DNA of 64,000 nt. Origin: Macrostomum lignano. Its lineage: Eukaryota. Under the pieces are notes generated by a model, which was given only the letters and a program-made list of their open reading frames with translations, was not told the DNA's origin and ran no database searches. The stretch's first letter is position 1; each line of letters starts with the position of its first letter. The position numbers were made by a program, and so were the translations under genes. Positions 51,749 to 64,000 of the stretch are shown here, one piece after another. The stretch is from the NCBI GenBank assembly GCA_002269645.1, contig NIVC01000031.1, positions 744,001 to 808,000 of the forward strand, given 5' to 3'.

Positions 51749-54134
51749 ATGAATTCACACACTACGATACTGTATATCAAACTGGTAATGCTATGTTGCC
51801 TCGGAAACATTGCAACAGCAATTGGGAAAGGTATGTGTTACATACGCAGTGTAGGTGAAACAATCATAAACGAGTTATTAAATTATATGCAGGTGAAAAC
51901 CACGTCTGTGTTTCAGAGTCCTGCTCAAGATACACTCGAAGCCCAAGCGCTGTACCATTCCCCACGGCTGTCATGAGCAGCAATGTCGCCAACTTAACGG
52001 ACGTGCCGACAGAGTTGGACTGTGTGAACAGGTGCCGGCTGAGAAAGTGCTCAGTTGCCGTGTTCGTCCCAACGAGCAGCATCTGTCAGCTAGCATTCGC
52101 CTCTGACATCAATGGGAGCTACGTGATGAGATCGCTGGGTTCGGAGGTCGGCGCGAGCGTTTGGACAGCGGAGGGAACCGAGGAGAAGCTGCGGATCTTG
52201 ATGCAGCAGCTGATTGAGAACAATACTGCGACTTTAAAAAGTGAGACAAGCAGATTTTTATTAGTTAGTTAAACTTAGGACTCTATAGAAGACTCCCTGC
52301 ATTTATGACAAGCTCGAATTGAGACAGCTACATGCGTCATGTAATCTCTCGATATCCGTCGTTATTTCTAAAAGGATCAAGTTTTTTATTCTTAATCCTC
52401 GTTCACAATAAAACCACTAGATTGAAATACTAAAAGTACAGTTTGAAGATGTACTAGATGAGGTACATGGATCTATATAATAAGTGAGGCGCTAATCCCA
52501 AAAACCGAACTCAAGACAGCGGCTCAGGCAGACACGGCTCCGTCCAGTTCGCTGTGATCAACGTCACTGGCTGCTACCTCATCGAGGCGATCGGTGCCAA
52601 AGGCGGCGACAACCCATCGGGCAGACCCGGCGGATTCGGAGCTTCCGTCAATGGTAGCTTTGTCCTGACAGTTGGAACCGTTCTGAGCATTGTTGTGGGA
52701 CAGGCTGGTGGCCCGGCCGCTTCTGTTTATGCCGCAGGCGGTGGAGGAGGCGGCAGCTTCGTCTACCGGGCTGGGGACGCCCGACCGCTGATCGCGGCAG
52801 GCGGTGGCGGAGGCGCAGGATATGTCCGCACCGGTGAGCGAGAAATGGACGACCCTCGCCTCCCCGCTGTGTCTACGGACCACCCTGCACCTAAGAGTGT
52901 GAATTTTAGTCTTAAAGCCGCTCCACGTACTTCACCAGTTGCCATTGGGTTTGCGATCTTGGTTGACGTTCTTTCACGTCATATGTGCACTTTACTGACG
53001 AGGGCGCCTCCAAGCTCCACGCCAAGCGTTGGTCTCAGGGCCAGACGAACGCGTGCGGGCTAATTTGATCTCAATCCGCAATCTGGGAACCGCGGACGTG
53101 GTGTGAATTGTGTCACTTGGGACTGAGAAAAAGCTGACCACTGACTGGTGTAAAAATAGAAACGTTGACATGTCGCTGAGTGTAGATTTACATATACCTC
53201 GTATACTCAGCAACATTGAAAAGTCGCCACTGTATGCGTCAGTGAGCAATTTCTCTTGGACTGTACTGAAATAAGAGACGAGAAAACTGATCAGGGTAGC
53301 TTTAATCCGTCCAACCCTCGCACTCCGCTCCCCCCACTGCATTCTTCCATTCAAGTCTGCCGCGGTGTAGCTGAGTTGCGTCATTCGCAAAGATTGGGAG
53401 ACTTTGCCTGCACTCTCAAAAAGTGTCGACCACAGACGGAATCTTCTGTGATGGCGACTTTTCGATGTTGCTGAGTGTACACAAAAGTCTGTGCAAGATT
53501 ATGTGCTTGTATGTACGAGCGTAGTCTATATTTGCGTTAAAATGAGCATTCTTAATTGCATTCTTGCTTGCCGAGTCGAACTCCCGAAAACTTCTAAAAC
53601 CACAAATGCACCTCATTGCACGATCTTATTGCAGGATTTCCAGGAGAGGCACAAGAGAACGCAAGCAACGCATTCGAGTCAAGCTCTGGCAGCCATGGAC
53701 TTGGAGGCGTCAATGGTCAGCCGGGCTCTAACGACCCGGGATCAACACCCGAGGGCAACAATCACGGCGGCTGCGGAGCCGGCTGGTTGGGAAAGGCGGT
53801 CAAGGCGAGGTGGTTCACGACCGACGGAGATCGAGGCAACGGTCTGGCCGACGGCTGGGTCGGCGGCGTTGCTGGCAGCAGCAACACAGGTGTCGGCGGC
53901 TTCGGGGGCGGAGGCGGCGGCGGCGGCACCGGCGGTGATCGAAGGGGAGCTGCCGGCGGTGGTGGCGGCTTCAGCGGCGGCGGCGCCTCCGTAATCCGTG
54001 GCTCCGGCGGAGGCGGCGGCGGCTCGTTCTGCGGCGGCAGCGGCTGCACCGCCGTCGCTGGAGGCAGCTCGGGTAGCGAGCATGGAGAAGTGACGCTACG
54101 GCTCGTAGCTCCGTTTGCCGACAGCTGCGACTGA
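51749..54134 (+). CDS. Secreted PAN + ALK/LTK-type glycine-rich domain protein, paralog 2, ~415 aa, 4 exons
   Basis: Exons 51749-51830 (signal-like ILYIKLVMLCCLGNIATA), 51893-52240 (PAN: DCVNRCRLRKCSVAVF..ICQL), 52516-52833 (AAG acceptor, CTAAT branch) and 53635-54134. 1248 nt open frame; same intron positions and phases as paralog 1; ends FADSCD*. Confidence 0.9.
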
Positions 54135-54365
54135 CCTGGACTGATCTGATTCTCTAAACCGCCAGATTGCAAGGAACACGTGTGTTGTGCCAGAAGCCAT
54201 TTTACGAGTATATGCAAACGTACAATACTGATTCCTTTTGTGAAGCTTGAAGCTAATGTTCTTAGCTCACAGAACTTACAGTAGAATTATTCAATAGTAA
54301 ATGAAGTATAACCTGGTTCTGTAATCAGTCTACAACGTACAACGCAAGGACTACTTAAGTAACAT

Positions 54366-54822
54366 AGGACGCAACACTCGAAATCTATGGTAAATGTTTT
54401 GAAGGCAACTTTTCGCCGAAAAATACACTACAGAGATAGGAGGTTTTAATTTTTCAGCACAAAAATTGTCATTGCTTTTGATAGGAGACAGATCCAGTGT
54501 TCATCTGTTGATATACTGTGCCTTTCTTATAGCTCTATTGATATTCATAAAGCTTCTTCTTCAGAAAATTAGGATTCTATGCTAATTTTTTATTTTACCT
54601 ACATTTCCTGTATCAAAAAATCATAAAAACGCACGGCACAGCTCGAATTTTGGGTTTTGTGAATCTCTGTTACACATATTGTTACACAGTCAGCTAAGAA
54701 TGACAAAATGGATTCATAAAACCAATGAGATGAGCCGTGCCATTTTAATGATTTTTAGGCACATGAGACATGCAAATGCACGTATAATAATAATTAAACA
54801 TTGAATCTTAGTGTTGCGTCCT
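54366..54822. mobile_element. Possible ~460-bp MITE
   Basis: 13-bp perfect inverted repeat AGGACGCAACACT (54366) / AGTGTTGCGTCCT (54810), with CTTAAG just outside each. Confidence 0.4.
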
Positions 54823-55675
54823 TCTGCTTAAGTTGTCATTGGTACAACGAAGGACTACTACATGTACGTTTCTTGGAAATCCTTGCGTACAACAAGTGTA
54901 GCATCTCGAAACTTCTAATCCATTGACGCAAACCAGAATAAAAAAATATGTAAGTTAAAAAAACAATTCATCTAAATATGTATATCTCCGAATTAATAAC
55001 TAGCAAATACCATTAAAAATGGCCTTTATAATTGCAAATATATGTATTTGTTCAGTAAATTGCAATCCAATATAGTTAGTGAAAACAAAAAAATTACCTA
55101 ACTATCGTAGTACTAACGCAAAGCTGGAAGATATTGCTGCCAAAATGACACAACTGACAAATTTTGAAATGCCTTCATTAAAACAGTAGCAGCAGCAGCT
55201 ATAGGTAGGCAGATAGGCAGAGTTGAACAATTAGGAAACCTTGAAATCCGCAGGTCATTTCAAAGGGAAAATACGAGTAAATCGAAGTCAAAATCCAAAA
55301 AACACCAAAAACAAGCCTTCCTAACACTTCGAGACATTTACGAGTATTTTATAATTGTTTAATAATAACTTACATAAGCTTTAAACTTTAACTTTAAACT
55401 TAAAGCTTTTACATAAGCGATGTGCTTCTTTATGTCTTTTGTTTGCCGGTGTAATATAGAGGCCCTAACCACAAGTACTGAGAATTGAGATAAAAAACAA
55501 ACGGCCTAATACAGTGCACATGTAGTTAGTTAGTACAGGCTTGTGCATTAATGTGACTGAAGGATTCATTTGCTTGACAGATTTGACAGTTTTTACCATA
55601 GACAAATGGCACAGAGGATTTCACAACAGAATGACCTCAGCAACAAAGACTCTAAACTAAAAGTCGCAGCAACAA

Positions 55676-58154
55676 TTATTTCACTTCAACATCGCCACTT
55701 CCATCAACATTACAACTCGATTTCTTAACATCCTCGCCACTAAGCAGCGACACTCCAACCGATTTCAAAGCTTCAACAGCCCACTCTGGATAATCTGTCG
55801 GATTAGGATATTGCAAGCGAAAGAAATGACGAACAAACTCTGAAAATTTGCCGTCAACTAGACTCTGTCGCATCTCGGACATTAGATTGAGCATATAAGC
55901 TACGTTGTGAGCAGTGAGCAGACTGCAGCCCAGGGTTACACCGTCCTCTTTGAGCAGTGTAGCCAAATAAGCACGAGAGTAGCCGCCGGTACAGCAGGGA
56001 CAGCTGCACCGATCGTCAATAGGTCTCAAGTCAGTTTCAAACTGTCGCTTCTTCAACTGCAACTGACCTTCTGGCACCAGCGCCACACCGAATCGTGCAG
56101 TTCTAGTTGGCAAAACGCAATCAAACATGTCTACGCCAAGCGCAACGCAAACAACCAGATCTAATGGTAGGCCGACGCCCATCAAATAGCGCGGCTTACC
56201 AGCTGGTAATCTTTCTGTGCACAATTTAACAATTCGCCAAAATGTTGACTTAGCTTCGCCGCCGCTAAGACCGCCAATAGCAAAACCAGCTACATCTCTA
56301 CTAGCCAGCGCATCTAGCGATTGAATGCGCAGATCCGAGTCCAGACCGCCTTGCACTATTGGGAATAGGCACTGTTGTGTAGGCCGAGCATTGGCTGCCA
56401 AACAGCGGTCCAACCAGCGTATGGAGCTGGACAAATCAATGTGACAGGGTGTTGATTAGCATTCAGTTGGGCATGTTGCGAGAAGTGATGGAGTGCTGAA
56501 GGTGGGACAGATGGGCAAAGGAGCAGAGGCAGGTAACAGTGAAGTGGAGAGATATGTAGAGTCGCAGACCATATGGACCTAATAATCAAACATTGAATTC
56601 TAGTTCCAACGCTGTGTTTGAGACAACACAAGCAAACTAAAGAAGTACATGATGTACTAGTGACTTAACCAGGCGAGGTAAAACCACGAGAGCCCATTGA
56701 ATTTAAGCAATTTTAAGTGAGGCTACATAATTCTATTGAAATAAAAGAGTAAAAGACAATTTTAACAAGCAACCGCTAGATAAACAGTTGCAAGTTGTTG
56801 TAATTTGATTTTAAATAGCCTGCAAATTACACAAGGTTAAAACAGGCTGAAAACTAGGAAGAAACTAAAGCAGGGGTCGGTGAACTCCTTTATTGAAACT
56901 TGAAATAGCAATCCGACCCGCTCAAGGTTGGTGTCTCTTCTCTGCTTCCTCTCACCTCCTCTCTCATCTCTCTTCTCTCCCCTCTTCTCTTCTATCTCCC
57001 CTCTTATTTATCTGTTCTCTCATTGCATCTCTCACATGTCCTCCCCATTATTTTCTCCGATCCGTCATCTATTCCCTCTCCTTTTTATTCTCACCCAGCC
57101 CGCTGTCATGAGCTGGATTCTTTATCTGGCCCTTGAGGTAAAAAAGTTTGCCAAACCCTGCGGCCTAGAGGATACAGAGACTAAGAAATAAAAGGTTTGT
57201 TGCGACATAATCCAAGCTCTACTACTTTTATGAGTAAATGAAGTTTAGAATTGATACTAAAACTGTAATTTTTCCTTCTAAAGCTACTTATGTGGAGATT
57301 AGATATAAAATACTTGTCACTCTCACCGTTCCATAGCCTCTTTAACGCGCGGCCCAGTTGTACTGCTGTGCACAACATCGTCTAACTGCATCATTATATC
57401 CGCGCCAATACCATTCTGAATTCTAATAGATTCTTCAGGAGTTAATCGAAGCTCAGTGCCATTGTAGGGGCTGGTGAATGTGACGCCGCCTTCGTCAATA
57501 TTGCACAGCTTGGATAGCGAGACCATTTGAAAGCCGCCAGAATCTGTCAACAGAGCATGCGGCCAGTGCATGTAGCCGTGAAGACCGCCGGATGAAGACA
57601 GGATTTCTGGCCCCGGTCTTTTCGAGGGAAAGGAAATTCATTTGTTTGAGCCAAGTTATAGTTAGTCAGGAAGAGGGTTAAGCTTGTCTCTATCAAGGAC
57701 CGATATCCAAGGCACAGAGGGTGCACATGCCTGGCGATTAGAAAGTCAGAAACACTGTACACCCTGTATGAGCATGTGTACGAGTGCATGCCGGCGTACA
57801 GTATTGGCGTGCTTGTGTGTGCTCAGGCGCTGGTTGTGGAATGACCTTTAACTACTTGGCACCCAAATATCGCCAAAATCGAATTTTTATCTATTTTTCT
57901 ATTAGCATAACAAGCCAGCCTTACCTACAACCCAGGTGATAAGTGTTTCCAAGCATAATTCGGCAACCAAGTTTGCTCAATTCGTCAGTTGTCAATGCTT
58001 TTAAACTGCCTTTAGTGCCAACTGGCATAAACACTGGAGTGTCCACAGTAGCATGGGGTAATTGCATTTTAGCTGTGCGAGCTGCCGTAGTGCCGCACTT
58101 GCTAATTATGTTGAATTTCAAAGGATAAGCTGCATTGCTAGTAGCCATGGACAT
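55676..58154 (-). CDS. QTRT1: Queuine tRNA-ribosyltransferase catalytic subunit 1, ~423 aa, 3 exons
   Basis: Exons 58154-57925, 57617-57327, 56426-55676 (phase 2, 2; 1272 nt). [67 protein letters not shown], Zn site CSCPCC...HN. DDVV and GLSGGE are eukaryote-type. Confidence 0.97.
56871..57160. mobile_element. hAT-like MITE (290 bp) in QTRT1 intron 2
   Basis: TIR CAGGGGTCGGTGAACT / AGTTTGCCAAACCCTG resembles hAT-Charlie termini; CT-rich interior; no matching 8-bp TSD found. Confidence 0.6.
57700..57845 (-). mobile_element. Degenerate SINE family B fragment in QTRT1 intron 1
   Basis: Partial match to the family B core (GGCATGTGCAC, GTGTACAG, AGAAAGTCAG). Confidence 0.45.
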
Positions 58155-59506
58155 GCATATGAGGCTAGGTCTTGGAAGATACAATACTTCAAGTGCCTGT
58201 CTCTGGATCAGAAATACATTCAAATACATATTACATATAATATATAAATGTAAAAAGGATAGTTATAACCAGTGAAGATTTAGGTAGACCTGTGATATAG
58301 GAGTCTTCCCTTTAAGTGCCTATTAGGGCTACCTTGTGCTTACACATTTAAGACAATTTTGTCAGTTATGCATTACAGCAATGTAGCTATGTAGCAACTT
58401 GCATGGGAGTGCTTTCACAAGGCCTGAATTACACTACATAAATTTTTTTCATAATATTAAAACTTCTATTTCATTAAAGACCTCAATTTCATATTCTTGA
58501 AAACTTAATTAGCAAACCCTTTAAAAATGCACAAATTTTACATTACATAAAAACATAACTGCTTGAGAATTTTTGGTATGATGAAATTTGGCTTTTATAA
58601 AATCTTTTGCATGTCCTGATCAACCATTATTAGTTTTCAAATAGTGGACCTTATTGTTGTGCATTTTTTGAGTAATATAATTAGGCAATACCATTGCAAA
58701 CATTGCAAAAAATGTAAAGAGTAAAAGACTTTATATGAATAGATACAAATAAAAACTTTGTGACTATGTGACTATTGGTGACTACAATAATATCATATTT
58801 ATATTTGATGTATATCAAGTTACTAACAAGCTCAATATTATATAATAATTGTCTTTCCTTTTATTACCATCATTATACATACAAAAAACGAAAACATTAG
58901 CATTGATAGATAGAATAATGTAAATAGGCCTACTAGATAATAATTAGGCTTAATCTCAAGTCTTAAAAATCTTGAAAATATGATATTTTCCAACCTCTAT
59001 AAAGTTTAAAGGAGGTTGAACAAGTTCTGTATGCTTTGGCTATCTTAGGCTTTGATATTTAAAGACATGCCCATATATTTGTGCTATGTTTTATAGCATA
59101 AGAATTTTAGGAGATAAGTTTTTAAGATATCTAGAGCCTACAACAATATTGGATCCTAATGCCAAATGTAGAAGGCCATGGTCAAGATCTAGATGATATA
59201 AACTTCTAGACTTTTACTTCTAGTTTCTAGAAGTAAAAACTAAAGCTTCTACTTCTGGTCCCAAAATGAGACATCATACTAAATGGACAAAAAAGCACAT
59301 ACTATTTCTATCCAAGAGAATCACAAACTGCTGCTATTGCTGCTACCCAGTTTTGTCTATCATGAGCAAACAAGACAGCACTAGGCCTATTTCTTCTATG
59401 AGTAAAAAAGCTATCCTGCTAAAGACAAGGTGATCATTCACTTTACTAGCAACAACAACTATTCTTGCACTCACTAGGACTATTTTATTAGAGGCAGGGG
59501 GTTGTG

Positions 59507-59793
59507 TGCACCCTGGCACACTTTAAGCGACATAGGCACACAACTGACGTGATGCATTATTGCCTATTCCACCGACTCCCCTGAGCAGGCATATAAGCGC
59601 ACAGATACATACGTAGGCACACACTCACACAGGAGTGTACAGCGGCCCTAACTTCATTAGGCATGTACACTTCACTGTGCCTTGGGGGGTTGGCTCTCAA
59701 GGCCGTTAATTGCACGAGCAGAGCCAAGCCAAGATTCCAATTCAGCCCCAAATTAATGTGACTACACTTGGAATCAAGCCTGGGTCGCTGGCC
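59507..59793 (-). mobile_element. SINE family B copy
   Basis: Collinear with 8274-8580 (GCACCCTGG..ACTTTAA; ACACTCACACAG; TTCACTGTGC; CACACTTGGAATC.AGCCTGGG). Confidence 0.75.
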
Positions 59794-60344
59794 TGCGTGT
59801 TAGGGCTGCAATAAAATTAAATGATTCCCCCAGAATAGGGGGGATTGGTTTGGGCTGAGTGTACATAGCAAAGTACATTGTAAGCAGATAGATAGGACTG
59901 TGTCGAGATTCAATTGGTTTTATTATTGGCATCTTTCAAAAGGCAGCCCTGTGTATTAGGTGGGCAGTGAAATTCAATGAATAAACTTGCGAGCCTTTTA
60001 CTGTAGCAGGCAGTGAATTTACACTCAATACTTCAATGCTTTAAATCAGGAAGTTCAAAGGCTAACTGTTCCTTGAGTTTTAAGCTTTGAGAGGAGAGAA
60101 TTATATTGCTGGAAAGATCTTGCAACGCTGAGTTTAGGGATATAAGTTATTTGCTTTAAATATGAAAACAAAAAGCACAGCATTGAAAAAATGATTTCCA
60201 TACTTTTAAACTTTCTGCCAAGATTGTAGTTGGGGGGGGGGGGGTTGCGTTGCGTACACAAATTCAAGCCAGCTATCATTTGTGCAATTTCAGTAATGGA
60301 GGAGGTGGGTGAAAAATTTCAATTAGTTTAATTATTGGCAATTT

Positions 60345-61685
60345 CAGTCCATCAGATAAGAAAGTAGAGAGAAGAGAGATTTCAAGGAGAAGAGAGAATA
60401 GAAAGATGATAGAAAAGACAGTAGATATGAGAGATTAAAGATTAAAGATGACAGAGGGGAGTGAGGCGGGAATGATGAAGGGAGAGAGAAGAGAAGAGAA
60501 TTTAGAGGGGAGAGAGGAAAAATGAGAGAGCAGAGGAGGGAAGAAAGATGGGAGGAAAGAGGAAGGATAAGAGAGTACAAAGGAGAGAGAAGAGAGAGGA
60601 GAGATAAGACAGGAGACAGTAGAGAGGAGAGGGGAAAGATGAGAGATGAAAAAGGAGAGGGTAAGAGAGAAAATAGGAGTATGAGAAATGAGAGCAGAGA
60701 GGAGAGACAATAGAGAAAAGAGAAGAGAGAGATAAGCGATAGATAAGCGAGTAGAGATAAGAGATGAGAGAGAAGAGGAGATATAAGAGAGAATTGAGAG
60801 AAGACAGGAGAGAAGAGATAAGAGAGAAGAATGGAGACAGAAGCAAGAAGAGAAGGGAGAGATGAGAAAACATGCTATGATATTTCATGAGGTTTTATGG
60901 AGGATTTGGAAGATTTGGAAGATTTTTTAATGTATACCCAGACAATTAAAAAGCATATTTTTATAAACTTCAGTTTCATAGTCTTGATTGACTGAAATTT
61001 GATAAAGATAATATTTTTAAATTAATGGATTGTAGCTTGAAGGAGATGATATATGATGGATTGTAGTTTAATGGGAAGGATTTTGATGATATCTGTTTCA
61101 TGGAGAGGATGAAATGGCTAAATGAAATGGAATAGAGAAAAGAGAAAAGGAAAGAGAAGATAAAAGATTAGATGAAAGAGAACATGAACAGAGAGAATTA
61201 AAAGGGACAGATTAGAGAAAAGAAAAAAGAGAATAAAGGCAAGAGAAGAGATGAGGTAATTGAGAGGAGAGAAGAGAGGGGGGTAAGAGATGAGAAAGAA
61301 GAGACAGGAGGGAGTAGAGCTGAAAGACGAGAGAGAAGAGATAAATGAGTAGAGATGAGGGGAGAGAGAGGAGAGAGAAGCGAGATTATAAGGGAAAGAG
61401 GAGAGGGGAGAAAGTAGAGAGATGAGTGAGCAGAGAGGAGATAAAGGAGAGGAGAGAGAAGAGAGAAGAGATAAAAGAGGAGAGAGGAAAAAGTAGAGGA
61501 GAAAGTAGTGAGGAGAAAGAAGAGAGTTAATATGAGAGTGCAGAGAGGAGAGATAAGAGAGTAGAGATAAGAGATGAGAGATGAGATGAGAAATGATAGA
61601 TAAGTGAGGAGATGAGAGCAGAGAGGAGATAGGAGAGATTAAAGATGAGAGAGCAGAGGAGAGAGGAGACAGGCGAGAGTCAGTC
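60345..61685. repeat. Two GA-rich polypurine low-complexity tracts (60345-60870, 61130-61685)
   Basis: Seen directly. Confidence 0.85.
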
Positions 61686-63129
61686 TGGATGATGGCAGGC
61701 AGTCAGTTTTTGCAAACAGGTAAAACAACATGGTTTTTGGGAGCTTAATAGAGGATTTGGAGAGGATTTGGACAATGGGATTCATGTCATTGGATTCAGC
61801 TGATGGATTTTAGAAAATGAAATTCTGGCGATGGGAGTTCTTCCCCTTACTCCACCAATGGAGGAGTTGGCCTTGTATATATATATACATAATTGATTTT
61901 AAAAGAACTTATCTAACTGTTTTTTTTTCAAACTTGCACCATTTGATCAGAAATTCTAGCAAAGTGGTACAGTTCTCTTGGCTAAGAGCTTGCTCTATTT
62001 TAAAAAGATTAAATATTTTAAAAACATGCTTTTTTGCAAAGTTCAAGCAGATTTTTTCAACTTGAAATGCTTCATAAGAATGATGAAGAAAAAACTCACT
62101 GGCAAATTCTGATTCTGAAATTCTGTAAAATTTCTAATTTTGTGGCAATTGCACCACATTAGGCTTTTTATTTAGTGTCTATATACTAGTTGAATTGGAT
62201 GCTGAATTGAATTGTATCATTATGTTGAAAACACAGTGTAAAAGCATAGCATCAGACTTGATTTAGATTGCGTAACTTAATAGAGACTGGTGTTGACTTG
62301 TCTAAGAAATTGATTATGTCATAACTAACTTAGTATGGGTTCAATAAGTGCTACAAATTCATGATGTCAAAACAATGAGAGCTAGCCTAGAGGTAACCAG
62401 GCTAAACTGCTAATGTAGCTATGTGGGTTTAAATTTTCAGAGTGTTAGGTTTTTTATTTTAACTTTTTAACATTAAGATAACTAGGCCTAAAAAGAACTT
62501 TAACTGGCAGAAGACGGATGGCACGATTTTGTGCCATAAAGTAATCATAGTTATTGATGGAACCGAATCCTAGTGTCTAGGGCAATCATAGATTGCAGAA
62601 TTCAATACCCTTGTTGCCAACTGACATGGCTCAAAAATGTGCCATATCCATTTTTGTTGGAAAGCTGCTTATTTTCCTATAGGTTAGGTGACACTTTCTA
62701 TGGCAATGATCATAGATTATAGTGAAGCAGGTCCTTGGCAAAACTATTATAAGCAGGACAGTGATTTTAATAAATATCTATGGTCCCAAATAGTTCCTTT
62801 TCCATATTTCCCTGTATGGTTTTCTCATGAATGAAAGACATGCAGCCATAGCATTAGGTCCCCAGCCATAGACAAATTATCTTTTGGTTAAGCAGCTTTA
62901 TTACATATGGGTATACTTGTGGAGCTAGCTGCCTTCTGGAATAGGGGTTAGAAGTTCTGACACTTATGCACTTGGCACAAAATCATGCCAGCTAGCTGTC
63001 GGCAAAGGGTGTGATACATTTTTTGGTTTGTTGCATAAAGGTTAAAAGAAACATCATGTACTCATATAAAAAATAAAAAACAATATATCATACATAAATC
63101 AACAAGAACATTATATGATATAGTATGCA

Positions 63130-63390
63130 TAGGAAGCATCATGTTAGACAAAAAATCATGTGTCATGTCAGGCATAAAATAAGCATCATGTCAGGCAAAA
63201 AATCAGTGTCATGTCAAGCATAAAATGAGTGTTATATTAGGCATTATTAAATATGTGCCATGGTAGGCATAAAGTAAGCATTATGTCAAATATAAAATGA
63301 GTGTCATGTCAGGCATAAAATAAGCCTCATGTCAGACATAAAATCAGCACCATGTCAGACATAAAAGAAGTGTGATATCAGACATAAAAT
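63130..63390. repeat. Degenerate ~25-bp tandem repeat
   Basis: Units close to CATCATGTCAGGCATAAAATAAG. Confidence 0.7.
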
Positions 63391-64000
63391 ATTTCTTATT
63401 TTATATTAATATTGCCAAGGCAAATTTTAGACAAAACAAAATACTTATTAACTAAATAGGAGAATGCTTGATACAATGCCAATGGGAACCTAATTGACCA
63501 AGCAGAATTAAATGATTCAAGAGACAATTGCAACTGTTTTTATGAATTATATTCTCTCATAGTCATAAGGAATTCATGTAGGAGGTAAAACGGTAAATAG
63601 AATTGCGATCGGGCCCCCTAATGGAGAGCAATTGTGCTAGTTATCATACTATAATTTAAATGAAATTTTTGCTCTGACTATAAAAATAGCCCTTGTGTTT
63701 CCTACACCCAGTGACTATAAAATAGCCCCCCCCTAATAGTTTTGCCATTTATACTATACAGTTACATTACGTAAAGACACTAGGCCCAGATAGTGTCTTA
63801 GACTTATAACCTTATATTGACTAAAAATAACAGTTTTGCTTTTTATATGGTCACATATTTACAAATAACAACTGCCAAAATCCCTACCCATAAAATGAAA
63901 CTCTGTCTGTGTAGGGCCTACAAATGGGCTCCAAAACTGCTCAAGCTCAAACAAATTAAACCAAATTTTGTGCCCACCCCGCCTAAACTCACTATGGAGA

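Noticed and set aside
48350-54217. Antisense and alternate-frame Pro/Ala-rich ORFs over the Gly-rich exons (e.g. 48786-49142, 49015-49224, 53491-53994, 53762-54217)
   Set aside because: Shadows of GGC-rich codons in the true frame.
55676-58154. Horizontal transfer of tgt, or of the Gly-rich (PE-PGRS-like) genes, from bacteria
   Set aside because: All have spliceosomal introns; tgt has eukaryote-type DDVV/GLSGGE residues; the Gly-rich motifs follow the ALK/LTK pattern.
58300-64000. Short ORFs in the AT- and GA-rich distal region (e.g. 60344-60888, 61817-62065)
   Set aside because: Low-complexity artefacts with no coding signature or splice-consistent partners.

Overview
Eukaryotic (metazoan invertebrate) genomic DNA with GT-AG spliceosomal introns, AT-rich intergenic DNA and very dense mini/microsatellites. 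The style suggests a free-living flatworm such as Macrostomum, but that is inference only. Genes reconstructed by hand with frame-consistent splice junctions: the 3' part of an unidentified membrane-protein gene (+); a 70-aa single-TM ORF (-); an 11-exon Shank-family scaffold (-) with no detectable SH3 or SAM that ends in a PDZ-ligand-like TTQL; mitochondrial ribosomal S18-family protein, MRPS18A-like (+); TSR1 (+); a myristoylation-motif IRS-type PTB adaptor, FRS2/IRS-like (+); a secreted PAN-fibrinogen protein (-); two tandem PAN + ALK/LTK-type glycine-rich-domain genes with no TM or kinase (+); and QTRT1/tgt (-). Also present: a decayed pogo-like transposase, two tRNA-headed SINE families, several MITE/foldback elements and more than 15 tandem arrays. 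Most long ORFs in the supplied track are artefacts of those arrays. Top leads: the secreted ALK-GRD-like pair clustered with a PAN-FReD gene, an array of about 42 ETS sites directly upstream of the RTK adaptor, and the SAM-less Shank with its own PDZ ligand. No database searches were run; family calls rest on recognised motifs.
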